Shown: piece by piece, positions 1 to 10,034 of the stretch
How positions within the stretch are numbered: the first letter of the stretch is position 1
How the letters are laid out: each line of letters starts with the position of its first letter
IMG/VR virus record: IMGVR_UViG_3300050142_000050
Coordinates: 64,001-128,000 of that record
Reading direction: 5' to 3' (one strand)
From: a virus
Lineage: Duplodnaviria; Caudoviricetes
DNA length: 64,000 nucleotides
The notes under the pieces: model-generated
Seen by the model: the letters and a program-made list of their open reading frames with translations, nothing else
Database searches by the model: none
Told to the model about the DNA's origin: nothing
Translations under genes and position numbers: made by a program

Positions 1-1
1 T

Positions 2-562
2 GAGCCCACCGCCATCATTTTCGACATCAACAATCTCTATCATCGGTCGCGAGCCAAAGGCTTCCGTATCGATTACAACAAGCTCCTTAAGGAGTTTTCT
101 CGCCGGTGCGATCTTCGGGTCGCTAAAGCCATGATGGCTATTGACACGTCAGAGCCCAGTGCTATGCGCTGGCTCGAGTTCATGAACAATGCTGGGTATG
201 AAGTCCACCACAAACCCATTAAGCGGTTCAAACAGCGTGACTCTGAGCGTCAGGAAGTAAGTGGTAACATGGACGTGGAGATCGCTATGGAAGCTTATCA
301 GCTCCCTCGCGTGATCCGTCACGTCATCATTGCGTCTTGTGACGATGACTTCCTGCGGGTGGTCAACGACATCAAGCGCAAACAGGGTAAGAAAGTATCC
401 GTTATGGGGGTCGGTAGTGGTAGCTGTGCTGGTATGTCGCGCAAACTTATCAAATCAGCAGATTACTACTACGACCTCGATCGTCTCAAGCCTTTGATTG
501 GTGGGGTGCAACGTGCTAAGACAGGTGGTAACGACTGTCATGAGGGTAATCACAACTCATGA
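2..562 (+). CDS. NYN-domain (LabA/DUF88, PIN-like) protein, 5'-truncated by window edge
   Basis: Frame is open from nt 2 (EPTAIIFDINNLYHRSRAKGFRIDYNKLL...), upstream of the ORF-track start. Has NYN motifs D-x-N-N-L-Y, GNMDVEIA and IASCDDDF. Confidence 0.85.
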   Translation, partial: EPTAIIFDINNLYHRSRAKGFRIDYNKLLKEFSRRCDLRVAKAMMAIDTSEPSAMRWLEFMNNAGYEVHHKPIKRFKQRDSERQEVSGNMDVEIAMEAYQLPRVIRHVIIASCDDDFLRVVNDIKRKQGKKVSVMGVGSGSCAGMSRKLIKSADYYYDLDRLKPLIGGVQRAKTGGNDCHEGNHNS

Positions 563-1595
563 CATCTATGGTCGTAAACAGATCATCGTAAAGACTCAAC
601 TCGACGATGACTTTCGTGAACAAACCTACGTGATGTTTCAAAGCGTGGGCAATCCGCTCAATGACTTATGGCTGGCTACTGTAGAACCAGGGGATCAAGT
701 GGCCGTTACCGATGTCATGTCGGGTGCTTGTTTCACGAGCGACTATACACCGGTCGACGGTAAGTACACCTCCATCATCACGCCCTCTTACGGACGTCCG
801 AATGTCTGCTCATGCGGTACGCCCTTATTGGGAAGTGGTGATGGAGTATATTGCACAAATACCTACTGTCCACTCACTATGGCAGCTAGGATCTCAAAAC
901 TCTCGTGTTGTGAACTAGTACCAAGGGACTTCATCAATATTGAGGAACCTCCTTTACGGTTTCAGTCCGGTTCATCCGAAGCCGCTTACTGGACTCGGGT
1001 AGCTCACCTCAGGCGTCCATTTCACCGACTGACCACTCCAACTTTCTGGGGTAGGAGCGGTGATCATCATGTCGACATAGCCGAAGTGATCACCCGAATC
1101 GGTAGCCAGGTTAACCTGGCTACCTTCTTCTGCGAATATCTGGCTCAGACGTTTTGCGACCACTATGGAAGCAATATCAATCCGGTGTTTGTAAATGCGG
1201 CCTACGGAGAGATCGGTCAATATCTCTCGTTGGTCAAGGATTACTCATTCAGACAAACAGATCGGACCCCAGCCGACTGTGAGATGATGATGAGTCTCCT
1301 CGATTCGTTATCCATTCGTTTCTTAGGCTTAGATAACATACAAAGACTAGTGGACTATGAGAGACGGAACTTCTACGGGTTGGATAGGTTCTGCACGTAT
1401 GCAGATATCTTGACGAGCGAAAAGTCTCTTATCGAAGTATGCGGTGCTCATCCGATCACTGCTAGATCGATACTCAGGTCCATCAAGATGAGACAGAATG
1501 AAATCTTCTCCATCTTCGCAGAATTCGGTGAGGTGGATTACATCGCCACATCGTTTGATAGACTCAACAGAGTGAACGCATATGCGATAGGGTAG
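540..1595 (+). CDS. NAD-dependent DNA ligase-like C-terminal half (OB-like region, C4 zinc finger, HhH-like); no adenylation domain
   Basis: CSCGTPL...YCTNTYCP resembles the LigA zinc finger; IRFLGLDNIQRLV is HhH-like. No KxDG motif. ATG at 540 chosen. Confidence 0.55.
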   Translation: MRVITTHDIYGRKQIIVKTQLDDDFREQTYVMFQSVGNPLNDLWLATVEPGDQVAVTDVMSGACFTSDYTPVDGKYTSIITPSYGRPNVCSCGTPLLGSGDGVYCTNTYCPLTMAARISKLSCCELVPRDFINIEEPPLRFQSGSSEAAYWTRVAHLRRPFHRLTTPTFWGRSGDHHVDIAEVITRIGSQVNLATFFCEYLAQTFCDHYGSNINPVFVNAAYGEIGQYLSLVKDYSFRQTDRTPADCEMMMSLLDSLSIRFLGLDNIQRLVDYERRNFYGLDRFCTYADILTSEKSLIEVCGAHPITARSILRSIKMRQNEIFSIFAEFGEVDYIATSFDRLNRVNAYAIG

Positions 1596-1615
1596 GGGGC
1601 TTGCGCCCCCTACCC
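1590..1615. terminator. Intrinsic terminator hairpin between convergent genes
   Basis: GGGTAGGGGGC-TTGC-GCCCCCTACCC, 11-bp perfect stem, followed by a T-rich tract. Confidence 0.85.
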
Positions 1616-1622
1616 GTCTCGT

Positions 1623-1829
1623 TTATTTTTTTCTCAGTCTTCCGTCGGAAGTCACCTTGAAGGAGAGAGGGGCCAGAAGGAAAGCCTTCGAGTCCGACTC
1701 TTTGGTAGCCTTAGGAAGATCCACGAATTTCCACGCAGGATCACCCAGATGACGAGCTTCAAACTCCGCGAACGTACCGACATTGTAGCCGAGTACTTCC
1801 GACTGACTGTTCACCTTAACGTGGAGCAT
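1623..1829 (-). CDS. Small hypothetical protein
   Basis: 68-aa ORF directly downstream of and co-oriented with 1835-3799. Confidence 0.55.
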   Translation of the reverse strand: MLHVKVNSQSEVLGYNVGTFAEFEARHLGDPAWKFVDLPKATKESDSKAFLLAPLSFKVTSDGRLRKK

Positions 1830-1834
1830 GATCG

Positions 1835-3799
1835 TTACACCTTGAGTCGAATGATACGGATGTTGTCCGTCAGAACATTGGCGATACTCTGAAGGGACAG
1901 TGAGACAGTGATATTGCGAGCATTGAGCTGGTTCTCAAGGTCCGTCAAGAGACTCGCGAGATTGACGACGGAGTCACCGACATTGAGAGAGATTGTGACT
2001 GCTCCCAATTCCGAACGCATCAGACGTGCCGAGATAGGTACGTCTCCCATGCTGGAAGTGGCCATAGTGATACGGCCAGTGCGCGTGGAATTGTCAGACC
2101 CATTGAGCGGGATCGACACATCATAGATGAGCGAGCCATCATCTGTCGTCAGAGTCAGGACCACTTCCTTCACCGAATCGATGTTGAAGTAGTTCGGAAT
2201 CTTGGACGGGAACTGTGATGCCGTCGAATTGGTCGTCTTGATATCCGACAGGTTCACACCTGCACCGTGATAGAGGAGGTATCCGCCATCGAGTACCGGG
2301 GTGTAGGGATACGACTTGGAATTGACATTCGCTGTCGACCAAACCGACGACCCATCGGGGAGGGCGATCGCATTATCACTGGGAGTACCCGTGGTAGCGG
2401 TATCCGTGATCCAGCAGGATTCGACCGAGGAGAGGTCCTCGACTTCCATATGGCTGGTGAGCATACCGATGGGTACACCAACTTGCAAGAATGCCCCAGA
2501 GAAGGTCGAGCCCACCTGATTGGTGATCACACGGAACATCGGGTAGACAGCCGCTGCTGCCGACACATCCGTGAGGCCGGTATAGAGAGGATCGACGATC
2601 AGACTCTCGGTGCGGAACGAAACTGGTTTACGTGTGGAGTTCCAATCCACATCGACCACGATCGAGACTGTGACCTTGAGCTCGGTGAAGCGTACTCGTA
2701 CGCGGTATTGATCGGTCAGGACGATATCGTCCGAGCCGGACACCTTATAGAGCCTTGCCAGGTTATACCAGTGGAAGCCGGCATCAGGCGCAGTGACCGT
2801 GCGTTTTGCGACAGTACCACCGGTCGCGTCCTGATAGGTCGGAGACCCAGAAAGTAGAGCGCGCATTTGATTCTCCAGTTCAGCCTGACGGGCGGCCAGG
2901 TGCTGATAAGCAGTTGTCGAAGGGATGGATGAAGCAGTCACGAAGTTGTTGCCTGCCAGGAAGACACGCATAGCTTCGATCTTCTCGTAGAGATTGCGCA
3001 CATCCTTCTGGGATACACTCCCACCTACCGCATGATAGTCGACATTGACACTACCTTCGATTTCCTTGTTGATCACCAGGAAACGGTAGATACCGCTCGT
3101 GTTCGAAGTATGTGCAGTCAGAGCGGAGAAGCCGCCTACTGTGAAATCCACATCTCGAATCAGAGCCACATTGTTGTAGCGGACCACCGTGGAGTCACGG
3201 AAGAATTCCCCATTGACTGGGATGATGATCCGCTTACCAGATGCGGTGCTGATATCGTGGACTTCATTGGTGATCAGGTTGGCACTACGCTCCTTCTGGA
3301 TATCCTCGAGGAGAAGTGTGGGTGCTGCTGTCGTATCGCTCAGGGTAGAACCTGAGGCCGACACCTGATTGCTCAGACCGGCCAATGTCGAGAGGATGTA
3401 GCCCAGGGTATCGGGATTGAGCTCTACAGGGGAACCATCACCGGATACCAGACCAGGAGATGTCATCTTCCATTCCTGGAAGGACATGATCACCTTCTGG
3501 TTCAGGTAACGAGTACCGATGAACTTGATCGACTTGATCAGATCCCGATCGAAATCGGGATTAGCCAACTTAGCCTGACCGATGTAGTGAGACGAGAGAT
3601 CATCTCCTTCATAAGTCCAGTCGGTATCCTTGACCAGAGTGGTATCAGATCCATCGGCTAGTTTGACGACAAGCGTGTCGGCAAAGATAGGAGAATCCAC
3701 GAATTCAAAAACAGCCCCATTCTTGTAGACGAGGAATGCGACATTCTGTTTCTTGAACCGAGGATCCGCCCCGGTATAATCGGGGAGACTATAGCTCAT
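1835..3799 (-). CDS. Putative virion structural protein (jumbo phage)
   Basis: 654 aa, S/T/G-rich and beta-rich, in an operon of similar genes. Function inferred from composition and context. Confidence 0.55.
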   Translation of the reverse strand: MSYSLPDYTGADPRFKKQNVAFLVYKNGAVFEFVDSPIFADTLVVKLADGSDTTLVKDTDWTYEGDDLSSHYIGQAKLANPDFDRDLIKSIKFIGTRYLNQKVIMSFQEWKMTSPGLVSGDGSPVELNPDTLGYILSTLAGLSNQVSASGSTLSDTTAAPTLLLEDIQKERSANLITNEVHDISTASGKRIIIPVNGEFFRDSTVVRYNNVALIRDVDFTVGGFSALTAHTSNTSGIYRFLVINKEIEGSVNVDYHAVGGSVSQKDVRNLYEKIEAMRVFLAGNNFVTASSIPSTTAYQHLAARQAELENQMRALLSGSPTYQDATGGTVAKRTVTAPDAGFHWYNLARLYKVSGSDDIVLTDQYRVRVRFTELKVTVSIVVDVDWNSTRKPVSFRTESLIVDPLYTGLTDVSAAAAVYPMFRVITNQVGSTFSGAFLQVGVPIGMLTSHMEVEDLSSVESCWITDTATTGTPSDNAIALPDGSSVWSTANVNSKSYPYTPVLDGGYLLYHGAGVNLSDIKTTNSTASQFPSKIPNYFNIDSVKEVVLTLTTDDGSLIYDVSIPLNGSDNSTRTGRITMATSSMGDVPISARLMRSELGAVTISLNVGDSVVNLASLLTDLENQLNARNITVSLSLQSIANVLTDNIRIIRLKV

Positions 3800-3827
3800 G
3801 GTAAATAATCCTCACTTCCTACACAGA

Positions 3828-4442
3828 CTACGAGGCACTCGAGGCGATAAGCTTTCGCTCATACTCCTGAATGAGGACGGCCTGTTGTTGGTTTATTCGG
3901 CGCAATTCTTCGATCTGTACCGACAGAGGTGCGAGCGCCACTTTGTTCGCATCTCGAGCCGCCTGGATCACCTCATACTCCGACTCAGTCAGATAGACCT
4001 TACGGGTCGAATCCGACAGTACCGACGGAGGTGTCGATATACCCAGCTGTGACTGGATTAGATCGGTAGCTTGTTGGACGACCGGGAGGACGACCTGTGT
4101 GTTGGAGAAGGCTCCCATCGGGAGTACCAACATGAGATCGTAATATTCACGGACCGTGGGGTCGGGCACTAGCCGGAAGAAGGATCCCGGCATGTGGAGC
4201 AGAACATCGCTGTTGGATACTGACTTGAGAAGATAGACCTGATCATTCTTGATCGAAGGATAGTCCACGTCAAAGTCAGAACTCGAGAGACCTGCTCGTG
4301 TATAGATCGAATCGACGAAATTCACCCCCGAAGCTACCGCCGTACCAAAGGTCATCGTCGCCATGACGGTATAAATACCATCCAACGACGAGAACCTAGT
4401 CACGAACGAGAACTTACAGGTAGAGCCATTGTCTGGGGTCAT
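3828..4442 (-). CDS. Putative virion structural protein
   Basis: 204 aa with C-terminal coiled coil; overlaps upstream gene by 4 nt (ATGA-type coupling). Confidence 0.55.
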   Translation of the reverse strand: MTPDNGSTCKFSFVTRFSSLDGIYTVMATMTFGTAVASGVNFVDSIYTRAGLSSSDFDVDYPSIKNDQVYLLKSVSNSDVLLHMPGSFFRLVPDPTVREYYDLMLVLPMGAFSNTQVVLPVVQQATDLIQSQLGISTPPSVLSDSTRKVYLTESEYEVIQAARDANKVALAPLSVQIEELRRINQQQAVLIQEYERKLIASSAS

Positions 4443-5863
4443 GTAGCACTACCTTTCAGGCGGGTGTAGCAGTCCTTCGTGATCACGCAGAACTCATAGG
4501 CACCCACAACGAATCCGAAGAACTCAAAGAGGCTCTCAGTCGATTTCTGATAAGCCGACGAAGTCGTCTCAGCAAAGTCCAGAGCGAGAATCGCATTGAG
4601 ATGTGTGGAGAAGGCCTGAGTGTCAGCCAGCATATACTGGAAGTTGGCTTCCGTGGGCGAGAAAGCCTGATAGTCAGGGAACAGAGTCGCTGCCGACGAG
4701 ATTCCAGTGATGCCCGATAGTTCGGGTACGATTGTGGAAATCATGCGGTCGAAAGATACTGGCATGATCTCGATGTAGTCACCGACATTAGTCCAAGCCT
4801 TGGAAGCCATCACATCCTTGGTGTTATCGATCACCTTGGGTACATTGAGGATGTTCTGGAAGACTGTCTGACCAGGCTTGGTGAAAGTCTCATTCCACAT
4901 CGGGATGATGTAGAAGCGTCCTTCGATGAATAGACCGGGGATACGGAGACGCCATGCCGCTTCGGTCCCTACACCGCTTCCCAATACGGCTGCCTTAATA
5001 GTAGCGCGAGCTTCCACCATTCCAGGGACACGTCCCTTATAGAGGATCTGGAAAGGTACTGTCAACCGGTGCTGGGCACTATCGATTAGGACAACAGTGA
5101 ATTCAGCCGTACCCGTCGGTTGATCCAGAACGAAAGCAGCATTGGTGTTGTCATAGATCAGTCCACCACTCTGTCCAGCGACTGACAGAGCATTGCTGTT
5201 TTCAGCCAGGAGCGATCCTGAGAGCAAATTCTGATACGAGGTAGGCGGCACTACCTTGAGGACCGTCGTCGAGCTGTAGCCTGCCTTAAAAGCCGAAGAT
5301 TCGGTAAACAGGGTAATATCGAACTGACGAGTCGTCGAACCAGAAGGAAGAATGACCGAGAACCTGATGAAGTCAGGAATCGATACACTCATCGTAGTAT
5401 TCGACTGGAGGTATACCGTGTCCGTCACGATGCGGGTGGAGAGTTCCAGTGTACCTGGGACATAGATCGCATGCGTGTCAGTATCGGTATTGAGATAGGT
5501 CTCCACAGTTGATACAGGGATCGACGATGAATAGCGGAAAGCCGCACGGTCGATCAATTCGAAAAATTTGGATGCGATGTTCTGCGGGAGTGCATTGACT
5601 ACATCGATGAATGAACCGAATACTTCGCTGTCGATGACAACACTGGGTGCGGTATTCGGGGCCCAATTGACATCACGCGACGACGGTGAGCGTGTGTCGT
5701 CGATAGTCGTCGGTTGGTTGAAGAAGGAGAGTGTATTCTGGGTCAGAGTACCGATTGCGGTAGCATCACCCAGAAGGATGCCGTTGAAGGCTTTTCGTTT
5801 ATCAAGAAAGGCCTCGTCGAGGATAAAACCTTCGACTGCCGTACTGTTGGATGAGGTCGGCAT
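4439..5863 (-). CDS. Putative virion structural protein
   Basis: 474-aa ORF heading a coupled minus-strand operon. Confidence 0.55.
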   Translation of the reverse strand: MPTSSNSTAVEGFILDEAFLDKRKAFNGILLGDATAIGTLTQNTLSFFNQPTTIDDTRSPSSRDVNWAPNTAPSVVIDSEVFGSFIDVVNALPQNIASKFFELIDRAAFRYSSSIPVSTVETYLNTDTDTHAIYVPGTLELSTRIVTDTVYLQSNTTMSVSIPDFIRFSVILPSGSTTRQFDITLFTESSAFKAGYSSTTVLKVVPPTSYQNLLSGSLLAENSNALSVAGQSGGLIYDNTNAAFVLDQPTGTAEFTVVLIDSAQHRLTVPFQILYKGRVPGMVEARATIKAAVLGSGVGTEAAWRLRIPGLFIEGRFYIIPMWNETFTKPGQTVFQNILNVPKVIDNTKDVMASKAWTNVGDYIEIMPVSFDRMISTIVPELSGITGISSAATLFPDYQAFSPTEANFQYMLADTQAFSTHLNAILALDFAETTSSAYQKSTESLFEFFGFVVGAYEFCVITKDCYTRLKGSAT

Positions 5864-5960
5864 GTCACTATTCCCTATGCCTAGATACTGACACCCTGGC
5901 GGTGGTCAATATTATCACCGATGGGGGTGATACCTTATGAGTTATTCATGAGGTGAGAAA

Positions 5961-6617
5961 ATGAGTCAGGAGTATATTACCCTCCAGAAGCCGGGGGTAG
6001 GTATCATGAACGATCGAGATCTGATCGGGAATCCGGATATGATCCGTCCATTCCAGCGAGTACTGACCCGATGGGGTGATGGTGGGAAGAAGAAGATCTC
6101 ATATGGACTCTCCTCGATGGGATATGACGTCAGCATGGGGCGTGACTATAAGCTCTTCACCCCCGAAGGTTTCTTCGCTAAGTGGAGGCGTCGTTTGCGT
6201 CGTTGGGTTGGGCTTTCACCCAAGGACGGCGATGTGATCGATCCTCACAACCTATCCAATGACTATTTCGTAGAATACAAGGATGTCGACTATATCGACA
6301 TTCCTCCCGGAGGGTATCTCTTGGGTCACACCAAAGAAACCTTCGATATGCCGGATGATGTACTGGCAGTCTGTTTTGGTAAGTCCACATATGCACGTAT
6401 CGGTGCGGTCGTGAATGTGACACCAATCGAGCCAGGCTTCAAGGGTCAGGTGGTTATCGAGATCACCAATGGTACGGAACGTCCCATCCGTATCTATTCG
6501 GACGAGGGTGTATCTCAGTTCATCTTCCTGCGGGCGAACAGCCCATGTCTCACGACATATGCCTCACGTGGTGGGAAGTACCAGAATCAATCTGGTGTAC
6601 AAGGGGCACTCGTGTGA
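5961..6617 (+). CDS. dcd: dCTP deaminase
   Basis: SYGLSSMGYDV, GKSTYARIG, TPIEPGFKGQVVIEI, EGVSQFIF and Y..RGGKYQNQ.GV motifs. Confidence 0.95.
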   Translation: MSQEYITLQKPGVGIMNDRDLIGNPDMIRPFQRVLTRWGDGGKKKISYGLSSMGYDVSMGRDYKLFTPEGFFAKWRRRLRRWVGLSPKDGDVIDPHNLSNDYFVEYKDVDYIDIPPGGYLLGHTKETFDMPDDVLAVCFGKSTYARIGAVVNVTPIEPGFKGQVVIEITNGTERPIRIYSDEGVSQFIFLRANSPCLTTYASRGGKYQNQSGVQGALV

Positions 6618-6624
6618 TATATAA

Positions 6625-6658
6625 CGATAGTGGGTGGGCACATGCCCACCCACTATCG
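6625..6658. terminator. Terminator hairpin between convergent genes
   Basis: CGATAGTGGGTGGGCA-CA-TGCCCACCCACTATCG, 16-bp inverted repeat. Confidence 0.85.
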
Positions 6659-6662
6659 AGTA

Positions 6663-6962
6663 TCAATGCGCCGGTTTATGCATTCGCCTCTGCACTTTGA
6701 GTAAGTGCACGTGTGCCATCTCCCTGGCGGCTGGTAGGAAGTATCGCCAGTTTGTCGGAGATGAACAGGAGGGTGAGACTGCACGTCGCTCGAGATAACG
6801 AGCAAGGTTCTCGATCCCACGATGATCTGTGGCTTTGGACACCAATGCGATGAACGTACAGTGTCGCGACCCTATCACCATAGCCAGGAGAAAGAGTGCA
6901 CAGACTAGTGCGATCAAGAGAGACATGATAGCGCTCATAACGGGGTCTCCGCATCCTGACAT
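6663..6962 (-). CDS. Hypothetical membrane protein
   Basis: N-terminal hydrophobic segment; ends at the terminator. Confidence 0.5.
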   Translation of the reverse strand: MSGCGDPVMSAIMSLLIALVCALFLLAMVIGSRHCTFIALVSKATDHRGIENLARYLERRAVSPSCSSPTNWRYFLPAAREMAHVHLLKVQRRMHKPAH

Positions 6963-7123
6963 CGCTGGTACTAATACGAGGTCAGGAGGTTAGAGGGGGA
7001 AGAATGCAGAACATTGCTATCCTGCACATGATGGTCTTCTCAAAGAGAGATAGATCGATGTAGTTTATTTAGATCTATAATGGGTATTACGTGTGACGAG
7101 GATTCTCAATGGAATCTTAGAGT

Positions 7124-7138
7124 CATATTACCATAGTG
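7124..7138 (+). promoter_or_regulatory. Putative phage early promoter
   Basis: CATATTAC-CATA-GTG, resembling the phiKZ early consensus TATATTAC; upstream of the gene at 7198. Confidence 0.65.
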
Positions 7139-7197
7139 GATCGGGACATCCAGTCCTTACCCCAACGAAGATCCATTTTACAAAAGGAACACTAGCT

Positions 7198-7734
7198 ATG
7201 TCTTCCGTCCTCAACATTCGTCCTGTACCGCAGATCGGTCAGAAGGGTCGTTTCCATCCTGATACCATCCATGACCTGGGTGCTGATCATCTCAACGTCC
7301 TCTCGATCATGGTCGATGATGTCGCTCTGGCTCTGACCATCTTCCTCGAAGGTGACGGCAAGCGTCTCCACCCTTCCGACTATTCGGTCGTCAAGCAGAT
7401 GGAAACCGAACTGCGTTTCTTGAGTGGTCGTGCGACAGCTCGCTTCGACCTCGAAATGCGTGAAGGCGACAAGGGTCGCAAGCTCGACATCCGTGAATTG
7501 GTCTTGGGGATCTCCGATACTTCGAAGGAGATCAGCACCGGCCGGTTGGTCACCACTTCGACGGGCGTGTCCTACAACCAGTCGCTCCAGGATGTTTCGA
7601 TTGCATCCATCTTGGCTCTGCGTCCTCTGGTTGAAGATACCATTCTCAAGCTGACCGAAGCGTCGGTGTATGAACCCGCCCCTCGCACGGGTATCCTGGG
7701 TGGATTCATCGGACTGTTCGATTATACCCGGTGA
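7198..7734 (+). CDS. Hypothetical protein (probably early)
   Basis: AAGGA RBS before ATG 7198; C-ending codon bias. Confidence 0.75.
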   Translation: MSSVLNIRPVPQIGQKGRFHPDTIHDLGADHLNVLSIMVDDVALALTIFLEGDGKRLHPSDYSVVKQMETELRFLSGRATARFDLEMREGDKGRKLDIRELVLGISDTSKEISTGRLVTTSTGVSYNQSLQDVSIASILALRPLVEDTILKLTEASVYEPAPRTGILGGFIGLFDYTR

Positions 7735-7805
7735 TCGTATGGACTCCAGTTAGGAGACCATGTTTCACAAAAGGAGGTGCATCCTCCTGAGTCTGGAGAT
7801 CACTC

Positions 7806-7991
7806 ATGTCCAGCATGCGCGAGCTTATGAAGGAATGCGCTGACACCCATATCGAAAATGGTGATAAGGTAGCTGGTGAAGCTATCCTGGTAGCCATCGA
7901 TGATATACGTGAGGCTAAGCGTAAGTTTCCTCAGAAGGTCACTGCGATCGACAATGCTCTCAACTACGCACGGAACGAAAGTCGGTTTTGA
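7806..7991 (+). CDS. Small hypothetical protein
   Basis: GGAG RBS; 61 aa; ends before a terminator. Confidence 0.65.
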   Translation: MSSMRELMKECADTHIENGDKVAGEAILVAIDDIREAKRKFPQKVTAIDNALNYARNESRF

Positions 7992-8005
7992 GCATCAGTG
8001 ATTAT

Positions 8006-8033
8006 TAGGAGAGGGCTCATGAGCCCTCTCCTA
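8006..8033 (+). terminator. Terminator hairpin
   Basis: 28-bp perfect palindrome TAGGAGAGGGCTCATGAGCCCTCTCCTA. Confidence 0.8.
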
Positions 8034-8060
8034 TTCCATCCTTTATGTTTGAGGTCAAAC

Positions 8061-8150
8061 ATGCGAGATTTCTTTTTGATACTTTTCATCGTCGTTGTTT
8101 TGGGAGTGATACTCGGATGTGGTCCGAGCATCCTCGAATATGGAGGCTAG
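8061..8150 (+). CDS. Putative 29-aa membrane micro-protein
   Basis: GAGG RBS; MRDFFLILFIVVVLGVILGCGPSILEYGG*. Below the ORF-track cutoff; the next ATG follows 1 nt after the stop. Confidence 0.5.
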   Translation: MRDFFLILFIVVVLGVILGCGPSILEYGG

Positions 8151-8151
8151 T

Positions 8152-8484
8152 ATGGCTGCTGAACGTGAACGCTACAGTTATCAGGAAGTAGAACGCATTA
8201 CGCGCGAAGTCGAAAAGTGGGTGGACCGTAAGGTCTATGCCGTCTTCCAGGGTCGTGTCCTTAAGGGCATCGGTGAGATCGGTACTTTGTGTGACCGTAT
8301 CGGCGACAATGTCGAACTCAAGAATGCGATGACCCAGTATCATGACGTCGAAGGTCGATGGATCATCGTACCGGGTGTTACCTTCAGTGGTATCACGCAG
8401 GCGATCGAGTGCGATGTCGCTCAGTTCCGTATCTTTGCAGAATCGTTCGATATTTCGTTCGACTATATTTGGGGCAAGAAATGA
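8152..8484 (+). CDS. Hypothetical protein
   Basis: GGAGG RBS before ATG 8152; coupled to the next gene. Confidence 0.7.
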   Translation: MAAERERYSYQEVERITREVEKWVDRKVYAVFQGRVLKGIGEIGTLCDRIGDNVELKNAMTQYHDVEGRWIIVPGVTFSGITQAIECDVAQFRIFAESFDISFDYIWGKK

Positions 8485-8843
8485 TCGCTCGAATTCGCAG
8501 ACCCATCATCATCAGGACGACTAAGGGAAAGGCGTATATCGGTTCCCTGCGTTCGTCGAGTCACGCCAAGATCGTGCTCTCTGATGTCAGTGAGCTCTGG
8601 GTGCGAGGGTCGAGTACCGGAAGGGAAGCCTACGATCTGATATGCGGCCTGACGGGTACGGATATCGTCCCAGAGGTAGCAGAGAGGCTGACTGTGGCAC
8701 GCAGGTTCGATCAACGCGAATTCTCGCGCGATGAACTCAAGAGTGCCACCTATGGGATACCGGAGTGGGTAGTGAACCACTGTTCACTCCAGGAGCCAAG
8801 TCCGAAGGAACCTATCGATGTCAGGGACAAAGTCGACACCTAA
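8481..8843 (+). CDS. Hypothetical protein
   Basis: ATG 8481 overlaps the previous stop. Confidence 0.6.
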   Translation: MIARIRRPIIIRTTKGKAYIGSLRSSSHAKIVLSDVSELWVRGSSTGREAYDLICGLTGTDIVPEVAERLTVARRFDQREFSRDELKSATYGIPEWVVNHCSLQEPSPKEPIDVRDKVDT

Positions 8844-9471
8844 CGGGACGGGATGTCTCGCTGTAGTGGGTACTGCCGGACGCGGAAACGATGCGATATT
8901 CTTGAATAGGGATGTCTATATCCGGATGGTAAGTGCCACGGTGAAGTTTATCGAATCGTTAGGGGATCTGAACAGGATTCGGTTAGTATCAGGAGGTGCA
9001 GCATGGACAGACCATATCGTAATAACGATGGTACTCCAACGAATAGTACGTCCTGAGAATGTGACTGTGTTTGCTCCATCGAAATTCGTCGAAGGTGAAT
9101 ATTACGGTACAGGGTATGCTGAAAGGACATCCCGTACTGCTAATCACTATCATCGTGAGTTCAGTAAAGCAGTCGGTGGTAATACCCTGACTGAGATTGA
9201 GACTGCGATTCACATGGGTATCCATTTCATACCTGGGTCTGGGGACTTTAAGGCTCGCAATACCCAGGTAGCCCGTTTCGTATCACCAGGAGGTCATCTG
9301 TTAGCCTTTACGATGGGTAGTAATACCAGTCGTCAAAAGCCGATGACTATCCATACCTTCGGGATGGATGATGATGCGATAGTCGGTGGACTCAAGGATG
9401 GGGGTACAGCCGATACTTGGAACAAGAGCAAGTGTGTCAAACATCATGCTAGGTTAGGGATCTGTTTATGA
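8818..9471 (+). CDS. SLOG-superfamily nucleotide-binding protein
   Basis: LAVVGTAGR, LVSGGAAWTDH, FKARN and GGTADTW match the SLOG pattern (G-x-R, SGGAxGxD, RN, GGT). Confidence 0.7.
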   Translation: MSGTKSTPNGTGCLAVVGTAGRGNDAIFLNRDVYIRMVSATVKFIESLGDLNRIRLVSGGAAWTDHIVITMVLQRIVRPENVTVFAPSKFVEGEYYGTGYAERTSRTANHYHREFSKAVGGNTLTEIETAIHMGIHFIPGSGDFKARNTQVARFVSPGGHLLAFTMGSNTSRQKPMTIHTFGMDDDAIVGGLKDGGTADTWNKSKCVKHHARLGICL

Positions 9472-10034
9472 TCACGAAGACCATCCTTACTCTCTCGAGT
9501 GATATCCCTCGCGTGATTACATTCTTCAAGATACTGGTAGTTGTCGGATTGATTTCTATCGTCTGGAAGTTCACCGCATCGACATTGTTTGTGCGCAAGC
9601 TCAGACGGATGGAGAATCAACGCTCAGAGATGCAGGAGAATATCTACGACATCAATTGTGCGATCAAACTGATCAAAATGTGGGACGGCTACCACAGAGG
9701 TGAGCGGAGTAGCTTCCAGGTCAAGTACTGGAGGCTCTATGCCATCGGTGTGAAGTATCTCCACTATCCCACTGACTTCTACAGTTTTGGCTACGAGATA
9801 CGTGAGAAGGATTTACATCTCGTAATGGGGTGGTTGAAAACCAAGGGGATCGATATCGGTATCTCCAGGGTCAAGAGTAATCTGAACTACTTCATTCAGT
9901 ACAAGTCCGATGCCTGTATCGAGGACCTCATTCAGCGCAGGATGAACCTACATCGGGAATGTTCTAAGCTGGGTGAACAGATCAAGGAAATGACCACTCT
10001 GTCCAGAAAACATCCTTGGGAGCCCTTCCGATGA
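9468..10034 (+). CDS. Hypothetical membrane-anchored protein
   Basis: N-terminal TM segment; coupled to neighbours on both sides. Confidence 0.65.
   Translation: MITKTILTLSSDIPRVITFFKILVVVGLISIVWKFTASTLFVRKLRRMENQRSEMQENIYDINCAIKLIKMWDGYHRGERSSFQVKYWRLYAIGVKYLHYPTDFYSFGYEIREKDLHLVMGWLKTKGIDIGISRVKSNLNYFIQYKSDACIEDLIQRRMNLHRECSKLGEQIKEMTTLSRKHPWEPFR

Noticed and set aside
5971-5978. TATATTAC octamer at the start of dcd
   Set aside because: It lies inside the coding sequence and lacks the N4-RTG element, so it is probably coincidental.
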